From contig OZ024741.1 in the NCBI GenBank assembly GCA_964016885.1, positions 20,832,001 to 20,896,000 on the forward strand: DNA of 64,000 nucleotides, given 5' to 3'. The DNA comes from Eledone cirrhosa (Eukaryota). The position numbers were made by a program, and so were the translations under genes. The notes below the pieces were generated by a model. The model had not been told where the DNA came from. It saw nothing but the letters and a program-made list of their open reading frames with translations, and ran no database searches. Below, piece by piece: positions 12,979-26,759 of the stretch. Position 1 is the first letter of the stretch. Each line of letters starts with the position of its first letter.

Positions 12979-15900
12979 GTGAAGACCAGCTAAGACAACC
13001 AATTAGATGGTGGAATAGTGGAATGAAGACCAGCTAAGACAACCACTTAGATGGTGGAACTTGGGGAGTGAAGACCAGCTAAGAAAACCAGTTATATGGT
13101 GGAACTTGGAGAGTGAAGACCAGCTAAGAGAACGAATTAGATGGTGGAACTAGGAGAGTGAAGACCAGCTAAGACAGCCAATTAGAGGGTTAAGACCAGC
13201 TAAGAGAACGAATTAGAAGGTGGAACTTGGGGAGAGAAGACCAGCTAAGACAACCAATTAGATGGTGGAACTTGGGGAGTGAAGAGCAGCTAAGACAACC
13301 AATTAGATGGTGGAACTTGGAGAGAGAAGACCAGCTAAGAAAACCAATTAGATGGTGGAACTTGGAGAGTGAAGACCAGCTAAGAGAACCAATTAGATGG
13401 TGGAACATGTGGAGTGAAGACCAGCTAAGACAACCAATAAGATGGTGGAACTTGGGGAGTGAAGACCAGCTGAGACAACCAATTAGATGGTGGAACCTGG
13501 GGACTGAAGACCAGCTAAGACAACCAATTAGATGGTGGAACTTAGAGAGAGAAGACCAGATAAGACAACCAATTAGATGGTGGAACTTGGAGAGTGAAGA
13601 CCAGCTAAGACAACCAATTAGATGGTGGAACTTGGGGAGTGAAGACCAGCTAAGACAACCAATTAGATGGTGGAACTTGGGGAGTGAAGAACAGCTAAGA
13701 CAACCAATTAGATGCTGGAACTTGGGGAGTGTAGACCAGCTAAGACAACCAATTAGATGGTGGAACTTAGAGGGTGAAGACCAGCGAAGACAACCAATTA
13801 GATGGTGGAACTTGGAGAGTGAAGACCAGATAAGACAACCAATTAGATGGTGGAACTTGGGGACTGAAGACCAGCTAAGACAACCAATTAGATGGTGGAA
13901 CTTGGGGACTGAAGACCAGCTAAGACAACCAATTAGATGGTGGAACTTAGAGAGAGAAGACCAGATAAGACAACCAATTAGATGGTGGAACTTGGAGAGT
14001 GAAGACCAGCTAAGACAACCAAATAGATGGTGGAACTTGGGGAGTGAAGACCAGTTAAGACAACCAATTAGATGGTGGAACTTGGGGAGTGAAGAACAGC
14101 TAAGACAACCAATTAGATGGTGGAACTTGGGGAGTGTAGACCAGCTAAGACAACCAATTAGATGGTGGAACTTAGAAGGTGAAGACCAGCGAAGACAACC
14201 AATTAGATGGTGGAACTAGGAGAGTGAAGACCAGCTAAGACAACCAATTAGAGGGTGAAGACCAGCTAAGACAACCAATTAGATGGTGGAAATTGGGGAG
14301 TGAAGACCAGCTAAGACAACCAATTAGATGGTGGAATTTGGGAAGAGAAGACCAGCTAAGACAACCAATTAAATGGTGGAACTTGGAGAGTGAAGACCAG
14401 CTAAGAGAACGAATTAGATGGTGGCACTAGGAGAGTGAAGACCAGCTAAGACAGCCAATTAGAGGGTGAAGACCAGCTAAGAGAACGAATTAGAAGGTGG
14501 AACTTGGGGAGAGAAGACCAGCTAAGACAACCAATTAGATGGTGGAACTTGGGGAGTGAAGACCAGCTAAGACAACCAATTAGATGGTGGAACATGGAGA
14601 GAGAAGACCAGCTAAGAAAACCAATTCGATGGTGGAACTTGGAGAGTGAAGACCAGCTAAGAGAACCAATTAGATGGTGGAACATGTGGACTGAAGACCA
14701 GCTAAGACAACCAATAAGATGGTGGAACTTGGGGAGTGAAGACCAGCTGAGACAACCAATTAGATGGTGGAACTTGGGGACTGAAGACCAGCTAAGACAA
14801 CCAATTAGATGGTGGAACTTGGGGAGTGAAGACCAGCTAAGACAACCAATTAGATGGTGGAACTTAGAGAGAGAAGACCAGATAAGACAACCAATTAGAT
14901 GGTGGAACTTGGGGAGTGAAGACCAGCTAAGACAACCAATTAGAAGGTGGAACTTGGGGAGTGAAGACCAGCTAAGACAACCAATTAGATGGTGGAACTT
15001 GGGGAGTGAAGACCAGCTAAGACAACCAATTAGATGGTGGAACTTGGGGAGTGAAGACCAGCTAAGACAACCAATTAGATGGTGGAACTTAGAGGGTGAA
15101 GACCAGCGAAGACAACCAATTAGATGGTGGAAATAGGAGAGTGAAGACCAGCTAAGACAGCCAATTAGAGGGTGAAGACCAGCTAAGACAACAAATTAGA
15201 TGGTGGAACTTGGGGAGTGAAGACCTGCTAAGACACCCAATTAGATGGTGGAATTTGGGAAGAGAACACCAGCTAAGACAACCAATTAGATGGTGGAACT
15301 TGGAGAGTGAAGACCAGCTAAGACAACCAATTAGATGGTGGAACTTGGAGAGTGAAGACCAGCTAAGACAACCAATTAGATGGTGGAACTTGGGGAGTGA
15401 AGACCAGCTAAGACAACCAATTAGATGGTGGAATAGTGGAATGAAGACCAGCTAAGACAACCAATTAGATGGTGGAACTTGGGGAGTGAAGACCAGCTAA
15501 GAAAACCAGTTATATGGTGGAACTTGGAGAGTGAAGACCAGCTAAGAGAACGAATTAGATGGTGGAACTAGGAGAGTGAAGACCAGCTAAGACAGCCAAT
15601 TAGAGGGTGAATACCAGCTAAGAGAACGAATTAGAAGGTGGAACTTGGGGAGAGAAGACCAGCTAAGACAACCAATTAGATGGTGGAACTTGGAGAGTGA
15701 AGAGCAGCTAAGACAACCAATTAGATGGTGGAACTTGGAGAGAGAAGACCAGCTAAGAAAACCAATTAGATGGTGGAACTTGGAGAGTGAAGACCAGCTA
15801 AGAGAACCAATTAGATGGTGGAACATGTGGACTGAAGACCAGCTAAGACAACCAATAAGATGGTGGAACTTGGGGAGTGAAGACCAGCTGAGACAACCAA

Positions 15901-18900
15901 TTAGATGGTGGAACTTGGAGAGTGGAGACCAGATAAGACAACCAATTAGATGGTGGAACTTGGGGACTGAAGACCAGCTAAGACAACCAATTAGATGGTG
16001 GAACTTGGGGACTGAAGACCAGCTAAGACAACCAATTAGATGGTGGAACTTAGAGAGAGAAGACCAGATAAGACAACCAATTAGATGGTGGAACTTGGAG
16101 AGTGAAGACCAGCTAAGACAACCAATTAGATGGTGGAACTTGGGGAGTGAAGACCAGCTAAGACAACCAATTAGATGGTGGAACTTGGGGAGTGAAGACC
16201 AGCTAAGACAACCAATTAGATGGTGGAACTTGGGGAGTGTAGACCAGCTAAGACAACCAATTAGATGGTGGAACTTAGAGGGTGAAGACCAGCGAAGACA
16301 ACCAATTAGATGGTGGAACTAGGAGAGTGAAGACCAGCTAAGACAACCAAATAGATGGTGGAACTTGGGGAGTGAAGACCAGCTAAGACAACCAATTAGA
16401 TGGTGGAACTTGGGGAGTGAAGAACAGCTAAGACAACCAATTAGATGGTGGAACTTGGGGAGTGTAGACCTGCTAAGACAACCAATTAGATGGTGGAACT
16501 TAGAGGGTGAAGACCAGCGAAGACAACCAATTAGATGGTGGAACTAGGAGAGTGAAGACCAGCTAAGACAACCAATTAGAGGGTGAAGACCAGCTAAGAC
16601 AACCAATTAGATGGTGGAATAGTGGAATGAAGACCAGCTAAGACAACCACTTAGATGGTGGAACTTGGGGAGTGAAGACCAGCTAAGAAAACCAGTTATA
16701 TGGTGGAACTTGGAGAGTGAAGACCAGCTAAGAGAACGAATTAGATGGTGGAACTAGGAGAGTGAAGACCAGCTAAGACAGCCAATTAGAGGGTTAAGAC
16801 CAGCTAAGAGAACGAATTAGAAGGTGGAACTTGGGGAGAGAAGACCAGCTAAGACAACCAATTAGATGGTGGAACTTGGGGAGTGAAGAGCAGCTAAGAC
16901 AACCAATTAGATGGTGGAACTTGGAGAGAGAAGACCAGCTAAGAAAACCAATTAGATGGTGGAACTTGGAGAGTGAAGACCAGCTAAGAGAACCAATTAG
17001 ATGGTGGAACATGTGGAGTGAAGACCAGCTAAGACAACCAATAAGATGGTGGAACTTGGGGAGTGAAGACCAGCTGAGACAACCAATTAGATGGTGGAAC
17101 CTGGGGACTGAAGACCAGCTAAGACAACCAATTAGATGGTGGAACTTAGAGAGAGAAGACCAGATAAGACAACCAATTAGATGGTGGAACTTGGAGAGTG
17201 AAGACCAGCTAAGACAACCAATTAGATGGTGGAACTTGGGGAGTGAAGACCAGCTAAGACAACCAATTAGATGGTGGAACTTGGGGAGTGAAGAACAGCT
17301 AAGACAACCAATTAGATGCTGGAACTTGGGGAGTGTAGACCAGCTAAGACAACCAATTAGATGGTGGAACTTAGAGGGTGAAGACCAGCGAAGACAACCA
17401 ATTAGATGGTGGAACTTGGAGAGTGAAGACCAGATAAGACAACCAATTAGATGGTGGAACTTGGGGACTGAAGACCAGCTAAGACAACCAATTAGATGGT
17501 GGAACTTGGGGACTGAAGACCAGCTAAGACAACCAATTAGATGGTGGAACTTAGAGAGAGAAGACCAGATAAGACAACCAATTAGATGGTGGAACTTGGA
17601 GAGTGAAGACCAGCTAAGACAACCAAATAGATGGTGGAACTTGGGGAGTGAAGACCAGTTAAGACAACCAATTAGATGGTGGAACTTGGGGAGTGAAGAA
17701 CAGCTAAGACAACCAATTAGATGGTGGAACTTGGGGAGTGTAGACCAGCTAAGACAACCAATTAGATGGTGGAACTTAGAAGGTGAAGACCAGCGAAGAC
17801 AACCAATTAGATGGTGGAACTAGGAGAGTGAAGACCAGCTAAGACAACCAATTAGAGGGTGAAGACCAGCTAAGACAACCAATTAGATGGTGGAAATTGG
17901 GGAGTGAAGACCAGCTAAGACAACCAATTAGATGGTGGAATTTGGGAAGAGAAGACCAGCTAAGACAACCAATTAAATGGTGGAACTTGGAGAGTGAAGA
18001 CCAGCTAAGAGAACGAATTAGATGGTGGAACTAGGAGAGTGAAGACCAGCTAAGACAGCCAATTAGAGGGTGAAGACCAGCTAAGAGAACGAATTAGAAG
18101 GTGGAACTTGGGGAGAGAAGACCAGCTAAGACAACCAATTAGATGGTGGAACTTGGGGAGTGAAGACCAGCTAAGACAACCAATTAGATGGTGGAACATG
18201 GAGAGAGAAGACCAGCTAAGAAAACCAATTCGATGGTGGAACTTGGAGAGTGAAGACCAGCTAAGAGAACCAATTAGATGGTGGAACATGTGGACTGAAG
18301 ACCAGCTAAGACAACCAATAAGATGGTGGAACTTGGGGAGTGAAGACCAGCTGAGACAACCAATTAGATGGTGGAACTTGGGGACTGAAGACCAGCTAAG
18401 ACAACCAATTAGATGGTGGAACTTGGGGAGTGAAGACCAGCTAAGACAACCAATTAGATGGTGGAACTTAGAGAGAGAAGACCAGATAAGACAACCAATT
18501 AGATGGTGGAACTTGGGGAGTGAAGACCAGCTAAGACAACCAATTAGAAGGTGGAACTTGGGGAGTGAAGACCAGCTAAGACAACCAATTAGATGGTGGA
18601 ACTTGGGGAGTGAAGACCAGCTAAGACAACCAATTAGATGGTGGAACTTGGGGAGTGAAGACCAGCTAAGACAACCAATTAGATGGTGGAACTTAGAGGG
18701 TGAAGACCAGCGAAGACAACCAATTAGATGGTGGAAATAGGAGAGTGAAGACCAGCTAAGACAGCCAATTAGAGGGTGAAGACCAGCTAAGACAACAAAT
18801 TAGATGGTGGAACTTGGGGAGTGAAGACCTGCTAAGACACCCAATTAGATGGTGGAATTTGGGAAGAGAACACCAGCTAAGACAACCAATTAGATGGTGG

Positions 18901-20186
18901 AACTTGGAGAGTGAAGACCAGCTAAGACAACCAATTAGATGGTGGAACTTGGAGAGTGAAGACCAGCTAAGACAACCAATTAGATGGTGGAACTTGGGGA
19001 GTGAAGACCAGCTAAGACAACCAATTAGATGGTGGAATAGTGGAATGAAGACCAGCTAAGACAACCAATTAGATGGTGGAACTTGGGGAGTGAAGACCAG
19101 CTAAGAAAACCAGTTATATGGTGGAACTTGGAGAGTGAAGACCAGCTAAGAGAACGAATTAGATGGTGGAACTAGGAGAGTGAAGACCAGCTAAGACAGC
19201 CAATTAGAGGGTGAATACCAGCTAAGAGAACGAATTAGAAGGTGGAACTTGGGGAGAGAAGACCAGCTAAGACAACCAATTAGATGGTGGAACTTGGAGA
19301 GTGAAGAGCAGCTAAGACAACCAATTAGATGGTGGAACTTGGAGAGAGAAGACCAGCTAAGAAAACCAATTAGATGGTGGAACTTGGAGAGTGAAGACCA
19401 GCTAAGAGAACCAATTAGATGGTGGAACATGTGGACTGAAGACCAGCTAAGACAACCAATAAGATGGTGGAACTTGGGGAGTGAAGACCAGCTGAGACAA
19501 CCAATTAGATGGTGGAACTTGGAGAGTGGAGACCAGATAAGACAACCAATTAGATGGTGGAACTTGGGGACTGAAGACCAGCTAAGACAACCAATTAGAT
19601 GGTGGAACTTGGGGACTGAAGACCAGCTAAGACAACCAATTAGATGGTGGAACTTAGAGAGAGAAGACCAGATAAGACAACCAATTAGATGGTGGAACTT
19701 GGAGAGTGAAGACCAGCTAAGACAACCAATTAGATGGTGGAACTTGGGGAGTGAAGACCAGCTAAGACAACCAATTAGATGGTGGAACTTGGGGAGTGAA
19801 GACCAGCTAAGACAACCAATTAGATGGTGGAACTTGGGGAGTGTAGACCAGCTAAGACAACCAATTAGATGGTGGAACTTAGAGGGTGAAGACCAGCGAA
19901 GACAACCAATTAGATGGTGGAACTAGGAGAGTGAAGACCAGCTAAGACAACCAAATAGATGGTGGAACTTGGGGAGTGAAGACCAGCTAAGACAACCAAT
20001 TAGATGGTGGAACTTGGGGAGTGAAGAACAGCTAAGACAACCAATTAGATGGTGGAACTTGGGGAGTGTAGACCTGCTAAGACAACCAATTAGATGGTGG
20101 AACTTAGAGGGTGAAGACCAGCGAAGACAACCAATTAGATGGTGGAACTAGGAGAGTGAAGACCAGCTAAGACAACCAATTAGAGG
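12979..20186 (+). repeat. Near-perfect tandem duplication of a 3,604-bp unit (about 12979-16582 / 16583-20186)
   Basis: Identical ORF pairs are offset by exactly 3,604 (13227/16831, 14504/18108, 15210/18814, 15645/19249, 16365/19969). The copies share rare variants. The unit is 74x45 + 6x31 + 2x44. Confidence 0.93.
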
Positions 20187-20791
20187 GTGAAGACCAGCTA
20201 AGACAACCAATTAGATGGTGGAACTTGGGGAGTGAAGACCAGCTAAGACAACCAATTAAATGGTGGATTTTGCGAAGAGAAGACCAGCTAAGACAACCAA
20301 TTAGATGGTGGAACTTGGAGAGTGAAGACCAGCTAAGAGAACGAATTAGATGGTGGAACTAGGAGAGTGAAGACCAGCTAAGACAGCCAATTAGAGGGTG
20401 AAGACCAGCTAAGAGAACGAATTAGAAGGTGGAACTTGGGGAGAGAAGACCAGCTAAGACAACCAATTAGAAGGTGGAACTTGGGGAGAGAAGACCAGCT
20501 AAGACAACCAATTAGATGGTGGAACTTGGGGAGTGAAGACCAGCTAAGACAACCAATTAGATGGTGGAACTTGGAGAGGGAAGACCAGCTAAGAAAACCA
20601 ATTAGATGGTGGAACTTGGAGAGTGAAGACCAGCTAAGAGAAGCAATTAGATGGTGGAACATGTGGACTGAAGACCAGCTAAGACAACCAATAAGATGGT
20701 GGAACTTGGGGAGTGAAGACCAGCTGAGACAACCAATTAGATGGTGGAACTTGGGGACTGAAGACCAGCTAAGACAACCAATTAGATGGTT

Positions 20792-23700
20792 GAACTTGGG
20801 GAGTGAAGACCAGCTAAGACAACCAATTAGATGGTGGAACTTAGAGAGAGAAGACCAGATAAGACAACCAATTAGATGGTGGAACTTGGGGAGTGAAGAC
20901 CAGCTAAGACAACCAATTAGATGGTGGAACTTGGGGAGTGAAGACCAGCTAAGACAACCAATTAGATGGTGGAACTTAGAGGGTGAAGACCAGCGAAGAC
21001 AACCAATTAGATGGTGGAAATAGGAGAGTGAAGACCAGCTAAGACAGCCAATTAGAGGGTGAAGACCAGCTAAGACAACAAATTAGATGGTGGAACTTGG
21101 GGAGTGAAGACCTGCTAAGACACCCAATTAGATGGTGGAATTTGGGATGAGAAGACCAGCTAAGACAACCAATTAGATGGTGGAACTTGGAGAGTGAAGA
21201 CCAGCTAAGACAACCAATTAGATGGTGGAACTTGGAGAGTGAAGACCAGCTAAGACAACCAATTAGAAGGTGGAACTTGGGGAGTGAAGACCAGCTAAGA
21301 CAACCAATTAGATGGTGGAATAGTGGAATGAAGACCAGCTAAGACAACCAATTAGATGGTGGAACTTGGGGAGTGAAGACCAGCTAAGAAAACCAGTTAT
21401 ATGGTGGAACTTGGAGAGTGAAGACCAGCTAAGAGAACGAATTAGATGGTGGAACTAGGAGAGTGAAGACCAGCTAAGACAGCCAATTAGAGGGTGAAGA
21501 CCAGCTAAGAGAACGAATTAGAAGGTGGAACTTGGGGAGAGAAGACCAGCTAAGACAACCAATTAGATGGTGGAACTTGGGGAGTGAATACCAGCTAAGA
21601 CAACCAATTAGATGGTGGAACTTGGAGAGAGAAGACCAGCTAAGAAAACCAATTAGATGGTGGAACTTGGAGTGTGAAGACCAGCTAAGAGAACCAATTA
21701 GATGGTGGAACATGTGGACTGAAGACCAGCTAAGACAACCAATTAGATGGTGGAACTTGGAGAGTGAAGACCAGATAAGACAACCAATTAGATGGTGGAA
21801 CTTGGGGACTGAAGACCAGCTAAGACAACCAATTAGATGGTGGAACTTGGGGAGTGAAGACCAGCTAAGACAACCAATTAGATGGTGGAACTAGGAGAGT
21901 GAAGACCAGCTAAGACAACCAATTAGATGGTGGAATTTGGGAAGAGAAGAACAGCTAAGACAACCAATTAGATGGTGGAACTTGGAGAGTGAAGACCAGA
22001 TAAGACAACCAATTAGATGGTGGAACTTGGGGACTGAAGACCAGCTAAGACAACCAATTAGATGGTGGAACTTGGGGACTGAAGACCAGCTAAGACAACC
22101 AATTAGATGGTGGAACTTAGAGAGAGAAGACCAGATAAGACAACCAATTATATGGTGGAACTTGGAGAGTGAAGACCAGCTAAGACAACCAAATAGATGG
22201 TGGAACTTGGGGAGTGAAGACCAGCTAAGACATCCAATTAGATGGTGGAACTTCGGGAGTGAAGAACAGCTAAGACAACCAATTAGATGGTGGAACTTGG
22301 GGAGTGTAGACCAGCTAAGACAACCAATTAGATGGTGGAACTTAGAGGGTGAAGACCAGCGAAGACAACCAATTAGATGGTCGAAATAGGAGAGTGAAGA
22401 CCAGCTAAGACAGCCAATTAGAGGGTGAAGACCAGCTAAGACAACAAATTAGATGGTGGAACTTGGGGAGTGAAGACCTGCTAAGACACCCAATTAGATG
22501 GTGGAACTTGGGGACTGAAGACCAGCTAAGACAACCAATTAGATGGTTGAACTTGGGGAGTGAAGACCAGCTAAGACAACCAATTAGATGGTGGAACTTA
22601 GAGAGAGAAGACCAGATAAGACAACCAATTAGATGGTGGAACTTGGGGAGTGAAGACCAGCTAAGACAACCAATCAGATGGTGGAACTTGGGGAGTGAAG
22701 ACCAGCTAAGACAACCAATTAGATGGTGGAACTTAGAGAGAGAAGACCAGATAAGACAACCAATTAGATGGTGGAACTTGGGGAGTGAAGACCAGCTAAG
22801 ACAACCAATTAGATGGTGGAACTTGGGGAGTGAAGACCAGCTAAGACAACCAATTAGATGGTGGAACTTAGAGGGTGAAGACCAGCGAAGACAACCAATT
22901 AGATGGTGGAAATAGGAGAGTGAAGACCAGCTAAGACAGCCAATTAGAGGGTGAAGACCAGCTAAGACAACAAATTAGATGGTGGAACTTGGGGAGTGAA
23001 GACCTGCTAAGACACCCAATTAGATGGTGGAATTTGGGATGAGAAGACCAGCTAAGACAACCAATTAGATGGTGGAACTTGGAGAGTGAAGACCAGCTAA
23101 GACAACCAATTAGATGGTGGAACTTGGAGAGTGAAGACCAGCTAAGACAACCAATTAGAAGGTGGAACTTGGGGAGTGAAGACCAGCTAAGACAACCAAT
23201 TAGATGGTGGAATAGTGGAATGAAGACCAGCTAAGACAACCAATTACATGGTGGAACTTGGGGAGTGAAGACCAGCTAAGAAAACCAGTTATATGGTGGA
23301 ACTTGGAGAGTGAAGACCAGCTAAGAGAACGAATTAGATGGTGGAACTAGGAGAGTGAAGACCAGCTAAGACAGCCAATTAGAGGGTGAAGACCAGCTAA
23401 GAGAACGAATTAGAAGGTGGAACTTGGGGAGAGAAGACCAGCTAAGACAACCAATTAGATGGTGGAACTTGGGGAGTGAATACCAGCTAAGACAACCAAT
23501 TAGATGGTGGAACTTGGAGAGAGAAGACCAGCTAAGAAAACCAATTAGATGGTGGAACTTGGAGTGTGAAGACCAGCTAAGAGAACCAATTAGATGGTGG
23601 AACATGTGGACTGAAGACCAGCTAAGACAACCAATTAGATGGTGGAACTTGGAGAGTGAAGACCAGATAAGACAACCAATTAGATGGTGGAACTTGGGGA

Positions 23701-24575
23701 CTGAAGACCAGCTAAGACAACCAATTAGATGGTGGAACTTGGGGAGTGAAGACCAGCTAAGACAACCAATTAGATGGTGGAACTAGGAGAGTGAAGACCA
23801 GCTAAGACAACCAATTAGATGGTGGAATTTGGGAAGAGAAGAACAGCTAAGACAACCAATTAGATGGTGGAACTTGGAGAGTGAAGACCAGATAAGACAA
23901 CCAATTAGATGGTGGAACTTGGGGACTGAAGACCAGCTAAGACAACCAATTAGATGGTGGAACTTGGGGACTGAAGACCAGCTAAGACAACCAATTAGAT
24001 GGTGGAACTTAGAGAGAGAAGACCAGATAAGACAACCAATTAGATGGTGGAACTTGGAGAGTGAAGACCAGCTAAGACAACCAAATAGATGGTGGAACTT
24101 GGGGAGTGAAGACCAGCTAAGACATCCAATTAGATGGTGGAACTTCGGGAGTGAAGAACAGCTAAGACAACCAATTAGATGGTGGAACTTGGGGAGTGTA
24201 GACCAGCTAAGACAACCAATTAGATGGTGGAACTTAGAGGGTGAAGACCAGCGAAGACAACCAATTAGATGGTCGAAATAGGAGAGTGAAGACCAGCTAA
24301 GACAGCCAATTAGAGGGTGAAGACCAGCTAAGACAACAAATTAGATGGTGGAACTTGGGGAGTGAAGACCTGCTAAGACACCCAATTAGATGGTGGAACT
24401 TGGGGACTGAAGACCAGCTAAGACAACCAATTAGATGGTTGAACTTGGGGAGTGAAGACCAGCTAAGACAACCAATTAGATGGTGGAACTTAGAGAGAGA
24501 AGACCAGATAAGACAACCAATTAGATGGTGGAACTTGGGGAGTGAAGACCAGCTAAGACAACCAATCAGATGGTG
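20792..24575 (+). repeat. Tandem duplication of a 1,892-bp unit (about 20792-22683 / 22684-24575)
   Basis: ORF offsets are 1,892 (21532/23424, 21937/23829, 22463/24355). Shared markers are CATCC, TTCGGG, GGTCGAAATAG and CCAATCAG. The unit is 39x45 + 3x31 + 1x44. Confidence 0.9.
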
Positions 24576-26759
24576 GAACTTGGGGAGTGAAGACCAGCTA
24601 AGACAACCAATTAGATGGTGGAACTTAGAGGGTGAAGACCAGCGAAGACAACCAATTAGATGGTGGAAATAGGAGAGTGAAGACCAGCTAAGACAGCCAA
24701 TTAGAGGGTGAAGACCAGCTAAGACAACAAATTAGATGGTGGAACTTGGGGAGTGAAGACCTGCTAAGACACCCAATTAGATGGTGGAATTTGGGATGAG
24801 AAGACCAGCTAAGACAACCAATTAGATGGTGGAACTTGGAGAGTGAAGACCAGCTAAGACAACCAATTAGATGGTGGAACTTGGAGAGTGAAGACCAGCT
24901 AAGACAACCAATTAGATGGTGGAACTTGGAGAGTGAAGACCAGCTAAGACAACCAATTAGATGGTGGAACTTGGAGAGTGAAGACCAGCTAAGACAACCA
25001 ATTAGATGGTGGAACTTGGGGAGTGAAGACCAGCTAAGACAACCAATTAGATGGTGGAATAGTGGAATGAAGACCAGCTAAGACAACCAATTAGATGGTG
25101 GAACTTGGGGAGTGAAGACCAGCTAAGAAAACCAGTTATATGGTGGAACTTGGAGAGTGAAGACCAGCTAAGAGAACGAATTAGATGGTGGAACTAGGAG
25201 AGTGAAGACCAGCTAAGACAGCCAATTAGAGGGTGAAGACCAGCTAAGAGAACGAATTAGAAGGTGGAACTTGGGGAGAGAAGACCAGCTAAGACAACCA
25301 ATTAGATGGTGGAACTTGGGGAGTGAAGAGCAGCTAAGACAACCAATTAGATGGTGGAACATGGAGAGAGAAGACCAGCTAAGAAAACCAATTAGATGGT
25401 GGAACTTGGAGAGTGAAGACCAGCTAAGAGAACCAATTAGATGGTGGAACATGTGGACTGAAGACCAGCTAAGACAACCAATAAGATGGTGGAACTTGGG
25501 GAGTGAAGACCAGCTGAGACAACCAATTAGATGGTGGAACTTGGAGAGTGAAGACCAGATAAGACAACCAATTAGATGGTGGAACTTGGGGACTGAAGAC
25601 CAGCTAAGACAACCAATTAGATGGTGGAACTTGGGGACTGAAGACCAGCTAAGACAACCAATTAGATGGTGGAACTTAGAGAGAGAAGACCAGATAAGAC
25701 AACCAATTAGATGGTGGAACTTGGAGAGTGAAGACCAGCTAAGACAACCAATTAGATGGTGGAACTTGGGGAGTGAAGACCAGCTAAGACAACCAATTAG
25801 ATGGTGGAACTTGGGGAGTGAAGACCAGCTAAGACAACCAATTAGATGCTGGAACTTGGGGAGTGTAGACCAGCTAAGACAACCAATTAGATGGTGGAAC
25901 TTAGAGGGTGAAGACCAGCGAAGACAACCAATTAGATGGTGGAACTAGGAGAGTGAAGACCAGCTAAGACAACCAAATAGATGGTGGAACTTGGGGAGTG
26001 AAGACCAGCTAAGACAACCAATTAGATGGTGGAACTTGGGGAGTGAAGAACAGCTAAGACAACCAATTAGATGGTGGAACTTGGGGAGTGTAGACCTGCT
26101 AAGACAACCAATTAGATGGTGGAACTTAGAGGTTGAAGACCAGCGAAGACAACCAATTAGATGGTGGAACTAGGAGAGTGAAGACCAGCTAAGACAACCA
26201 ATTAGAGGGTGAAGACCAGCTAAGACAACCAATTAGATGGTGGAACTTGGGGAGTGAAGACCAGCTAAGACAACCAATTAGATGGTGGATTTTGCGAAGA
26301 GAAGACCAGCTAAGACAACCAATTAGATGGTGGAACTTGGAGAGTGAAGACCAGCTAAGAGAACGAATTAGATGGTGGAACTAGGAGAGTGAAGACCAGC
26401 TAAGACAGCCAATTAGAGGGTGAAGACCAGCTAAGAGAACGAATTAGAAGGTGGAACTTGGGGAGAGAAGACCAGCTAAGACAACCAATTAGAAGGTGGA
26501 ACTTGGGGAGAGAAGACCAGCTAAGACAAACAATTAGATGGTGGAACTTGGGGAGTGAAGACCAGCTAAGACAACCAATTAGATGGTGGAACTTGGAGAG
26601 AGAAGACCAGCTAAGAAAACCAATTAGATGGTGGAACTTGGAGAGTGAAGACCAGCTAAGAGAAGCAATTAGATGGTGGAACATGTGGACTGAAGACCAG
26701 CTAAGACAACCAATAAGATGGTGGAACTTGGGGAGTGAAGACCAGCTGAGACAACCAAT

